A stretch of 64,000 nucleotides of DNA, from contig CAVYRH010000010.1 of assembly GCA_963770835.1 (NCBI GenBank), forward strand, positions 1 through 64,000, written 5' to 3'. Each line of letters opens with the position of its first letter. The stretch's first letter is position 1. The position numbers and the translations under genes are program-made. Positions 39,065-47,316 of this stretch are shown here, piece after piece. A model generated the notes under the pieces. That model was not told where the DNA came from and ran no database searches. It saw nothing but the letters and a program-made list of their open reading frames with translations. The stretch is from an uncultured Pseudomonadota bacterium (GTDB lineage: Bacteria > Oederibacteriota > Muellerivitia > Muellerivitales > Muellerivitaceae).

Positions 39065-39928
39065 GTGTTTGTGAGCGAGACGGAATCCCAAGACAAGTCG
39101 ACGAATGGCCCGGTGGAAATCACCCTTTCCAATTCGGTGATGAGCGTCGTCATCAAGGAAATCATCAACCAGGAGGACCAAAGGCCCACCTATCAAATTA
39201 CCTTTCCTTCCTTCGACGGGCCCATGGACCTTTTGCTCCACCTCATCAAAGAACACGAACTGGACATTTATGACATCCCGATCTCCAAAATCACCCGGGA
39301 GTACTTGGATTACCTGGAGCTGATGCGCACCCTCAACCTGGAAATCGCCGGGGATTTCCTGGTTATGGCCGCCACGCTCATGCAGATCAAGAGCCGTATG
39401 CTGCTGCCGGTGGATCCCACGCCGGACGAGCCGCAGGAGGACCCGCGGCTGGAGCTGATGCGGCGCCTGGTTGAGTACAAGAAGTTCAAGGACGCCGCCG
39501 AGCAACTGGGTGGACTGGAGAAAAACCAGACCCAGCTTTTGTCCCGCAACATTCCCGACGACCTGAAACAAGTGGGGGAGGAGGAACACCTGGAAGAAGT
39601 CACCCTTTTCGGCCTTTTGGCCGCCTTCAAGGACGTCTTGATCCATACGCAGGAGGATGTGACGGCGGAGCTGTCGCGGCCGGAGATCACCGTCAGCCAG
39701 AAGATCAACGACCTGATGGACGTCCTCCAGGCGCAGCAAAAAATCGTGTTCCGGCCTATTTTGACCGCCTGCCGGACCAAGATCGAGAAAATCGTGGCTT
39801 TGCTGGCCCTGCTGGAACTGATCCGCTTGAAACTGGTGAAGGTCTTCCAGGACAAGGTATTTGGGGAAATCGAGGTTCATTTGCTCTCCAATATCGCTCC
39901 GGGCAACGCGCCGGAGGCGGCTGGATAA
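39065..39928 (+). CDS. scpA: Segregation/condensation protein A
   Basis: 'FDGPMDLLLHLI...LDIYDIPI', 'IKSRMLLP', 'LALLEL'. Confidence 0.94.
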   Translation: MFVSETESQDKSTNGPVEITLSNSVMSVVIKEIINQEDQRPTYQITFPSFDGPMDLLLHLIKEHELDIYDIPISKITREYLDYLELMRTLNLEIAGDFLVMAATLMQIKSRMLLPVDPTPDEPQEDPRLELMRRLVEYKKFKDAAEQLGGLEKNQTQLLSRNIPDDLKQVGEEEHLEEVTLFGLLAAFKDVLIHTQEDVTAELSRPEITVSQKINDLMDVLQAQQKIVFRPILTACRTKIEKIVALLALLELIRLKLVKVFQDKVFGEIEVHLLSNIAPGNAPEAAG

Positions 39929-39990
39929 AGATTTGACCGCGGATGTACCCTGGGGCCGTCATTACCTATTAAGAAAGAGGGACTTGGATA

Positions 39991-40674
39991 GTGGAAACCG
40001 ACAAACTTAAAAAAATCCTGGAGAGCCTGCTGTTCGTCAGTGAAACCCCCCTGTCACCCAAGCGGGTCGCTTCGTTCGTCAAGGACGCCACGGCGGAGGA
40101 GGTCCAGAAGGCCCTAGCGGCCCTGCGGGAGGAAATCAACCAAATGGACCGGAGCTTCCAGGTGCTCGAGATCGCCGAGGGGTACCAACTGGTTACCCGC
40201 CCCGAATACCACAAGTGGGCCAAGGAACTTTATAAGGTCATTTCCAAGACCCGCCTTTCCAAGGCTTCCATGGAAGCCCTGGCCATCATCGCCTACAAAC
40301 AGCCGGTGACCCGCGCCGAGGTGGAGGCTATCCGGGGTGTGGAGGTCAGCAACCTCATCCAGTCCCTGTTGGAAAAAAAGATGGTCCGCATCCTGGGCCG
40401 CGCCGAAACCCCCGGCCGCCCCCTGCTTTACGGCACCACCCATGAGTTCCTCATCCATTTCGGGCTTCGGGACCTTTCGGACCTGCCCAAAGTTTCTGAA
40501 ATCCAAGAGCTGGCGGGGGACAGGCCCTCGCCGGAGTTCCTCAAAGAGATGGAAGGGGAACTACGCCGTCGGGAAACCAAGCTGGGCTTGGGCCCTGCCA
40601 CCGAGGAAGAAACGGCCCCGGGCATCCCCGAACCGCCTACCTCCCCCGACTCGGTTTCCGAAACGCCCTCTTAA
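39991..40674 (+). CDS. scpB: Segregation/condensation protein B
   Basis: 'LSKASMEALAIIAYKQPVTR...IRGV', 'PGRPLLYGTT'. Confidence 0.95.
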   Translation: METDKLKKILESLLFVSETPLSPKRVASFVKDATAEEVQKALAALREEINQMDRSFQVLEIAEGYQLVTRPEYHKWAKELYKVISKTRLSKASMEALAIIAYKQPVTRAEVEAIRGVEVSNLIQSLLEKKMVRILGRAETPGRPLLYGTTHEFLIHFGLRDLSDLPKVSEIQELAGDRPSPEFLKEMEGELRRRETKLGLGPATEEETAPGIPEPPTSPDSVSETPS

Positions 40675-40685
40675 TCCCGTTAGGT

Positions 40686-40714
40686 TTGACACCCCCAAAA
40701 CGCTTGATTATAGT
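40686..40714 (+). promoter_or_regulatory. Sigma70-type promoter
   Basis: TTGACA-N17-TATAGT upstream of the cyclase gene. Confidence 0.7.
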
Positions 40715-40764
40715 AGGCCCTGCCGTTTCATTTCTTTGTCCAAATCTGACGACGGGAGCCGTTC

Positions 40765-42401
40765 TTGAGCAAGTCCACCGCCCCTTCCTCACCCCCCGCA
40801 GGGACCAAACCCGTCCGTAAACACCATCTTTTTTCCCTCCGGGTCAAGTTCATCCTGGTTCTCACCTCCCTGATTTGCGTGGTCATGGGGGCGGTCACCT
40901 GGCTGGTCCTGGACCAAATGCGCCAAACCCTCATCCAACAGGTTATCGAGCGTGGAGAATCCCAGGCCCGAAGCTTGTCCTTCAACAGCGCGGATTCACT
41001 GTTGAAGGAGTTGTCCCCCGCCCAGACCGGGGGCGAAGACCCCACCTTGGCGATGATGCAACTCGTTTCGGATGCCATGAAGGTGGAATCCACCGCCGCC
41101 AAACGGAATATCCCCTCGGGGCTGACTCCTTTCCAGGAATCCCTCATGGGTTATACCAACACGTTGGATGCAATGGCCCGGAAGTTTATTTGGCCCGATG
41201 AGAACATCTTGAAAAACGCGGGAGATATGGAATACGCCTTGATTATTGATAAGAACGACAAGGTCGTAGCCGACAATGCCATTGCGGATATCACCAAGTC
41301 GGCCTCCGAGGTGCTTCCCCCCGGGATTCAGCCAATGGGAGATGTGAAGGAAAATACCACTTTCACCCAGGCCTGCCGCGCCAAGGACGGACGGGATATT
41401 TACGACATCGCCGCGCCCATCCTCACCTCCACGGTGGACGCCAGCGGCCAGACCACCGCCCTGAAGATCGGCGAAGTGCATATCGGCATGAACCAGAACA
41501 CCATCACCAAGGCGGTGCGGTACGTGGCCATCGCCATCATCCTGACAACCGTTGCGGTCCTGCTCCTGGGCATTATCTTCATGATGGTTTTCGTGACCGT
41601 CATGATCAAGCCCATCCGGCTCCTGGTCAACGGCGTGTCGGCCATCGCGGCTGGGAATTTCGACCAAAAGATCAACATCAAGCGGGCCGACGAGCTGGGC
41701 GACCTCACCAGCGCCTTCAACGAGATGGCCAAGAGCCTCAAGGAAAAGGAAGTCATGCGGGGCGCCTTCTCCAAGGTGGTCACCAAGAGCGTCATGGACC
41801 ACCTGATCCAGCATCCGGACGGCCTCAAGCTGGGGGGGAAAAAAGAGTGGTCACAGTCTTTTTTTCTGACATCCGGGGCTTCACTCCGATGTCCGAGGCC
41901 CTCTCAGCCGAGCAAGTCGTGCACATTCTTAATGAGTATTTCACGGCCATGACGTCCATCATCTTCAAGTACCAGGGCACCCTGGACAAGTACATGGGGG
42001 ACGCCATCATGGCCATCTGGGGGGCCCCTATCGAGATACCCGACCACGCCGAGCGGGCGGTTTTGGCCGCCGTCGAGATGGGCGAGAAAATGAAGGAACT
42101 GCAGGCCAAGTGGCGCATGGAGGGAAAGCGGGAAGTCAACATCGGCATCGGCATCAACAGCGGCGAGGTGGTCGTGGGCAATATCGGTTCCAACGAAAGG
42201 TTGGAATATACGGCCATCGGTGATAACGTCAACTTGACCCAGCGGCTGGAATCGGTGGCCGAAAAGGGCCAGATCCTGATCTCGGCGGCCACTTATGAGC
42301 GTGTGAAGCACAAGGTGAACGCCGTCATGCTGGACCCCATCAAGGTCAAAGGCAAGGCCGAAAAAGTCATGGCTTACAGCGTCCAAGGGTTGCTAACCTG
42401 A
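40765..42401 (+). pseudogene. Membrane-bound HAMP class III adenylate/guanylate cyclase, frameshifted at a G7 run (41832-41838)
   Basis: 2 TM + HAMP in one frame; 'FSDIRGFT...DKYMGDAIM...GIGINSG...YTAIGDNVN' in the -1 frame. One extra G gives the canonical 'LGGEKRVVTVFFSDIRGF'. Confidence 0.85.
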
Positions 42402-42500
42402 AGTGTGCCTTACTTCCCAAAATACTCCCTTCTTGCCCGGTGTTCTCAAATTGCTTCCAGTCCGCAGGGCGCGCGTTTAAAACCGGGGAAATGAGCCGAT

Positions 42501-43757
42501 ATGGACGAAGATAAAACGATGATCGTCAAGATGGCTTTCCTCTACGTGCAAAGCGAGGAATGGTACAAGGCCATCGAGGAATACAAAAAACTCCTCCGGA
42601 TGGACCCCTATGACCCCCACCTCTACAACATCATGGGCGACGCCTACGCCAAGAAAAAGGATGATAAGGATGCCTTCGAGGCCTACCAGGAGGCCCGCGA
42701 GCTTTACGCCAAACTGGGAAACATGAACAAGGTGGCCGCCATCGACAAGAAGGTGGCCAAACTTTCCCCGGACCGGATGGACCTCCCACAAAAGCGCCTT
42801 TTTATTTCCATCACCAAAACCCAGGAAGCGGAGCGGCTGGCCGCCGAGGGGAACTTCGAAGAGGCGGTGGCTTATTTCCAACAGCTTATCGCAGCCGAGC
42901 CCATCAATTTCTCCTACCGGGATAAACTAGCCAACCTTTTCCTGGAAAACGCCCATGTTTCGGAAGCCGTGGCCCAATTGAAGGCCGTGGCCGATATCCA
43001 CCTGTCCGAGGGCCGGTTGGATGCCGCCCTGGCCTATGCGGGCAAGATTTCCCTCATCGACCCGGAGGGAATTGACACCGTCCGGTTGATGGCCGTCCTG
43101 GCCAAGAAAAAAGGGGATATGGAAGGGGTGGCCAAGCATTACGGAAAGCTGGCCCAGTTGGCTTTCGACGCGGGACACTACGAGGAAGTCTGCAGCGCCA
43201 TCGAGGAAGCCCTGCCGGCGGGAAGGATGGATTTGAAACCCCTTCTGGCGAAAGTTCTCCTGGCCTTGAAAAAACACGCCGAGGCCAAACAACACCTGGA
43301 AGCCCTGTTGAAGGAATTCCCCGGGGACGAGGCCCTCCTGGAACAATTGCTGGCCATTTCTGAGGAAACCAAGGATTGGAACGGCGCCCACACCCATATC
43401 CTGGCCTTGCTGCAAATAAGGCCGGACAACCCCAAGCTCCAACCGCGCCTGGCCCGCGTTCTCTTACAAGTGGGCAAGCGGCCGGAAGCCCTGCAGATTT
43501 ACATGAACCTGGCCCTGGCCGCCCTGAAGGAAAACAAGGTGGAGGTGGCCTTCACTTATTTCGACTCCATCCTAGCCCTGGATCCGGACAACGTCGAAGT
43601 GCTCAAGAAAAAGGCGGAGTTTTACCTGAAGCTGGGCAAGAAGCAGGAAGTCATCGATACGTATAAAAAATTGCAGGCCGTCTTCACCCAGAAAAAAATG
43701 ACTGAGGAAGCCAAAAGGGTGGGGATGATCCTCACCAAGCTCGCTGGCTTGAAATAA
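42501..43757 (+). CDS. Tetratricopeptide repeat protein
   Basis: Repeated TPR-type helices ('AIEEYKKLLRMDP', 'ILALDPDN'). Confidence 0.88.
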   Translation: MDEDKTMIVKMAFLYVQSEEWYKAIEEYKKLLRMDPYDPHLYNIMGDAYAKKKDDKDAFEAYQEARELYAKLGNMNKVAAIDKKVAKLSPDRMDLPQKRLFISITKTQEAERLAAEGNFEEAVAYFQQLIAAEPINFSYRDKLANLFLENAHVSEAVAQLKAVADIHLSEGRLDAALAYAGKISLIDPEGIDTVRLMAVLAKKKGDMEGVAKHYGKLAQLAFDAGHYEEVCSAIEEALPAGRMDLKPLLAKVLLALKKHAEAKQHLEALLKEFPGDEALLEQLLAISEETKDWNGAHTHILALLQIRPDNPKLQPRLARVLLQVGKRPEALQIYMNLALAALKENKVEVAFTYFDSILALDPDNVEVLKKKAEFYLKLGKKQEVIDTYKKLQAVFTQKKMTEEAKRVGMILTKLAGLK

Positions 43758-43761
43758 CCCC

Positions 43762-44061
43762 ATGGCGGCCGAAGCCCCCCTCATCCGTTATCCCAAGAAC
43801 CTTGACGTCAAATGCCTGCGCTGCGGGGCCATGAACATCCCCGAGAATAAAATCTGCGGCCGCTGCGGCGCCAGCCTTCCCCTAGTTTACGACGAGGAAG
43901 GGAAGGTGTTCGATTGGAAGGAAGACCCCTACTACCAGGCCCTCCTCAAAAAACGCGACCGGAACCGGTCCCCCAATCCCGACCAAACGCGGTGGCTTCT
44001 GCGATTTATCATTCTTTTGGCGGCTTTCCTGTTCGCGTTGTATATCATGAGGCACCACTGA
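43762..44061 (+). CDS. Zinc-ribbon protein with C-terminal membrane anchor
   Basis: CxxC...CxxC ('CLRCGAMN...CGRCGASL') plus a TM helix. Confidence 0.8.
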   Translation: MAAEAPLIRYPKNLDVKCLRCGAMNIPENKICGRCGASLPLVYDEEGKVFDWKEDPYYQALLKKRDRNRSPNPDQTRWLLRFIILLAAFLFALYIMRHH

Positions 44062-44065
44062 AAGG

Positions 44066-44147
44066 CAGCTCACAGTTCACAGTAACGGCCTCAAATCATG
44101 GCTTCTTCCGTCTTGCTGAGGACTGTGAACCGCCGACTGTCGACTTC
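44066..44147. repeat. Heptamer-unit inverted-repeat element
   Basis: CAGCTCA CAGTTCA CAGT ... GCTGAGG ACTGTGA ACCGCCG ACTGTCG ACT. Confidence 0.6.
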
Positions 44148-44216
44148 CTGATGTTGCCTCAGGGCCCAAAACAAACTAAAATCTCTCTCCATTTCAATAA
44201 GATAGGCATTTCCCCC

Positions 44217-45572
44217 ATGGAATCTTTGTCCCTTCAAACAAACGAAAAAAAGGTATTTCTCGAGACCTTCGGGTGTCAGTCCAACGTGCTCGAATCAGAC
44301 CATTTGGCCACCCTCCTCCTGAAGGATAACTTCGCCCTTACCCCAAAACCCGAGGAAGCCGACGTCATCCTTTTCAACACTTGCTCTATCCGCGAGCACG
44401 CGGAACATAAGGTCTTCTCCCGGCTTGGGCAATTGGCCGAATGGAAAAGGGAGCGGGAAGGCCGCGTCATCGGCGTCCTGGGCTGCATGGCCACCAGCTA
44501 CAAGGACCATTTAATGGAGCGGGCGCCGCACCTGGACATGGTGGTGGGCCCCGACCAGTACCTGAAAGTCCCGGAGACGATCCGGCGGGCCTCGGGCACG
44601 GGCCAAAGCCAGGTTTTGGCCGACTTCGACCCCATCTATTTCCCCGAAAACGACCCCAGCCGGCTTGCCCAGCCCCACAAGGCCTTCCTGGAAGTCATGA
44701 AGGGTTGCGATAAGTTCTGCACCTTTTGCGTGGTGCCTTTCACCCGGGGCCGGGAGGTCTCCCGTCCGGCGGAAAGCATCCTGGAGGAAACAGCCCGGCT
44801 CGCGGGGGCCGGGGTGAAGGAAGTGATGCTCCTGGGCCAGAACGTCAATTCCTATGGTTTGGGGCTCAAGTCGAGGGGCAAAACCCTCACCTTCGCGCAA
44901 CTCTTAAAAGAGGTGGGCCGGGTGCCGGGCATCGAGCGGGTGCGCTTCATGACTTCCCATCCCTTGGACCTGTCCGACGAACTTGTGGAAACCATGTCGG
45001 CGGTACCGGCGGTCTGCGAGTCCTTCCACCTTCCCGTCCAGTGCGGCTCGGACCAGGTGTTGAAGCGCATGGGCCGAAAATACGACATCGCCCATTACCT
45101 GGAGCGGGTGCAAAAGCTCCGCTCCGCCGTCAAGGACCTGTTCATTACCACCGACCTCATCGTGGGTTTCCCCGGCGAGACCGAAGAGGACTTCCAAGGC
45201 ACGTTGGACCTGCTGGATAAGGTCCGCTACGACGCCGTTTACAGCTTCAGGTATTCCCCCCGCCTCGGCACCCCGGCGGCCCGCATGTTGAACCAGGTGC
45301 CGGAGGAAATAAAGGACGAGCGGCTGGCCCGGCTCAACGAGAAGGCCTGGAAACACGCGTCCGAAGCCTGCGAAACCCGCCTGGGAAAGGTGGAAGAAGT
45401 GCTGGTGGACGGCCCCGCGGACAAGACCCCCGGCGCTTTTTACGGCAAGAGCCGGCAGAACCGGACGGTGGTTTTTCCAGGGACGGGTTACCAAGCGGGG
45501 GACAAAGTGAAGGTGAGGATCGAAAGCCACAAAGTCGCGAATCTTTACGGCTCACCGGTCAGCAACGGATAA
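44217..45572 (+). CDS. miaB: tRNA-2-methylthio-N6-dimethylallyladenosine synthase
   Basis: 'TFGCQ', 'NTCSIREHAE', 'GCDKFCTFCVVP', 'TSHP', TRAM domain. Confidence 0.95.
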   Translation: MESLSLQTNEKKVFLETFGCQSNVLESDHLATLLLKDNFALTPKPEEADVILFNTCSIREHAEHKVFSRLGQLAEWKREREGRVIGVLGCMATSYKDHLMERAPHLDMVVGPDQYLKVPETIRRASGTGQSQVLADFDPIYFPENDPSRLAQPHKAFLEVMKGCDKFCTFCVVPFTRGREVSRPAESILEETARLAGAGVKEVMLLGQNVNSYGLGLKSRGKTLTFAQLLKEVGRVPGIERVRFMTSHPLDLSDELVETMSAVPAVCESFHLPVQCGSDQVLKRMGRKYDIAHYLERVQKLRSAVKDLFITTDLIVGFPGETEEDFQGTLDLLDKVRYDAVYSFRYSPRLGTPAARMLNQVPEEIKDERLARLNEKAWKHASEACETRLGKVEEVLVDGPADKTPGAFYGKSRQNRTVVFPGTGYQAGDKVKVRIESHKVANLYGSPVSNG

Positions 45573-45586
45573 AAGCAGAATCTTTT

Positions 45587-45706
45587 AGCCGCAGATGGAC
45601 ACAGATAAACACTGATAAGGAAAAGACAAATTAATGGGTAAAAATTCAAAAAAATTAAAAGTTCTTTGGTTGATGTATCTGTGTTTATCTGTGTTCATCT
45701 GTGGTT
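45587..45706. repeat. 30-bp imperfect inverted repeat of 10-bp units (ACACAGATRA), MITE-like
   Basis: AGCCGCAGATGGACACAGATAAACACTGAT ... ATCTGTGTTTATCTGTGTTCATCTGTGGTT (26/30 complementary). Confidence 0.85.
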
Positions 45707-46833
45707 CCCTCATGCCGTTGACTTTGTTTGCTTCCCAAGCAACCCCTGTTGCAGATGACGGCCAATCCCTCTTCGACAGCGCCTTGAAACTCTTCCAGGA
45801 AAAAAACTATAAGAAGGCCAAGGACGAACTGAACCAGCTGGTGGCCAAGTATCCGATGGGGAATTTCGTCCCCGCGGCCCGATTGCTTTTGGCCAATTTG
45901 CAGGAGGATTTCGCCGCTTCCACCGCCCAATTCAAGGAATTGGCTGGCGAATACAGCGACCGCCCGGAGGGAGCGGAAGCCCAGAAGGATTTGGGCGCAC
46001 GATATTACCTCGCGGATAAATATGACGATGCGGCCAATAGCTACAAAGAATACCTGGACAATTACCCCAAGAGCCCCGAAATACCGGAGGTTCGCTATTG
46101 GTACGCTTCCTCGCTTTTGGCTTTGGAGGATGACAAGGGCGCGCTGGAACAATACAAGAAAGTCCTCGACGGCGCCCAAGACAGTCCCTGGGCCCCCAAG
46201 GCATTGCTGGGGATGGGCAACTGTTACTTGAAAATGAAAAAGTTCGGGGACGCCCAGAACCAGTATTTGAGAATCCTGGACCAATACCACCTTTACGACG
46301 AGCTGAACCTGGTCTACCTCAAACTGGGCCAAACCTATGAGGCCGAGAAAAAGTGGAAGGAAGCCCATGCGGCCTACCAGAGCCTGATCCAGCAGTATCC
46401 CCAGGCATTCGAGGTTTCGGAAGCCAGGGACCGGCTGCAGGAACTGGAAAACCAGCGCGCGGATTTGCCCAAAGTGCCCGAAGCCCAGTCCCCGGAGCCC
46501 ACCGCGACCCCGGTTGCCGTGGCGGCTCAACCGACGGTGACCCCCATGCCGGAAGAGACCACGGAGGAATCCAGCTCAACGGCGGGGTCCATTTCCAAGC
46601 CCTTCCACGTGCAGGTAGGGGTTTATTCCAAGAAGTTCAACGTGGACAAGACCCGCAAGGCCATCCAGAAGGCGGGTTACACCTCCTTTGTGGTGACGGT
46701 CCAGCAGGAAGGCGTGCCCTATACCTTTTACAAGGTCCGGGTGGGGAACTTCGCCGACCGGGCCGAGGCGGAGAGGGTGGCCAAGGAACTGGCGCGCAAG
46801 GTGAAGGAAAAAGCCATCGTCGTCGAAGATTGA
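45634..46833 (+). CDS. Periplasmic TPR (CpoB/BamD-like) protein with C-terminal SPOR domain
   Basis: Signal peptide, TPR repeats 'YKEYLDNYPKSP', SPOR 'FHVQVGVY...YKVRVGNF'. Confidence 0.88.
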   Translation: MGKNSKKLKVLWLMYLCLSVFICGSLMPLTLFASQATPVADDGQSLFDSALKLFQEKNYKKAKDELNQLVAKYPMGNFVPAARLLLANLQEDFAASTAQFKELAGEYSDRPEGAEAQKDLGARYYLADKYDDAANSYKEYLDNYPKSPEIPEVRYWYASSLLALEDDKGALEQYKKVLDGAQDSPWAPKALLGMGNCYLKMKKFGDAQNQYLRILDQYHLYDELNLVYLKLGQTYEAEKKWKEAHAAYQSLIQQYPQAFEVSEARDRLQELENQRADLPKVPEAQSPEPTATPVAVAAQPTVTPMPEETTEESSSTAGSISKPFHVQVGVYSKKFNVDKTRKAIQKAGYTSFVVTVQQEGVPYTFYKVRVGNFADRAEAERVAKELARKVKEKAIVVED

Positions 46834-47300
46834 ACCACAGAGTACACGGAGTACACAGAGTTAAAGATTATGGGAAAACAATATGCGCCGATTCCGGAGG
46901 AAATTAACAAAATCACCGGGGAGATCATTGGGGCGGCTATGGCGGTTCACACTGAACTAGGTCCAGGATTGTTAGAAAGTGTCTACGAGATTTGTTTAAC
47001 TAAAGAACTCCAACTAAAAGGTTTAAGAGTAGAAAGACAACTTCCAGTCCCTGTTACGTATCGTGCTGAGCAACTTGAAGTCGGATTTAGAGTCGATCTT
47101 TTGGAGGAAGGCAAAGTGGTTGTCGAACTGAAAGCGGTTGAAAAAATATTACCAATTCACGAAGCTCAAGTTTTGACTTATTTAAAGCTGACGAATCAGC
47201 GGCTTGGACTTCTTTTGAATTTCAACGTCGTTTCGATGCAAGATGGAATCAAAAGAGTGGTTTTGTGATTTACTCTGTGAACTCTGTGTACTCTGTGGTT
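46833..47300 (+). mobile_element. GxxExxY cassette bounded by 29-bp inverted repeats of 9-bp units
   Basis: AACCACAGAGTACACGGAGTACACAGAGT ... ACTCTGTGAACTCTGTGTACTCTGTGGTT (27/29 complementary); AT-richer than its neighbours. Confidence 0.65.
46870..47268 (+). CDS. GxxExxY protein (PD-(D/E)XK nuclease superfamily)
   Basis: 'LGPGLLESVYE', 'FRVDLL...VELKAV', 'AQVLTYLK...GLLLNF'. Confidence 0.95.
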   Translation: MGKQYAPIPEEINKITGEIIGAAMAVHTELGPGLLESVYEICLTKELQLKGLRVERQLPVPVTYRAEQLEVGFRVDLLEEGKVVVELKAVEKILPIHEAQVLTYLKLTNQRLGLLLNFNVVSMQDGIKRVVL

Positions 47301-47316
47301 TAAGAGGTTCGGTGTA

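Noticed and set aside
41838..41845. Classical A-AAA-AAG programmed -1 ribosomal frameshift in the cyclase
   Set aside because: The heptamer is not in the translated frame (codons read GGG AAA AAA GAG).
43914..44216. N-terminal extensions in the ORF track for miaB (also trpS, kinase 23864, lipoprotein 32611)
   Set aside because: They overlap upstream genes or repeats; downstream starts fit family length and signal peptides.
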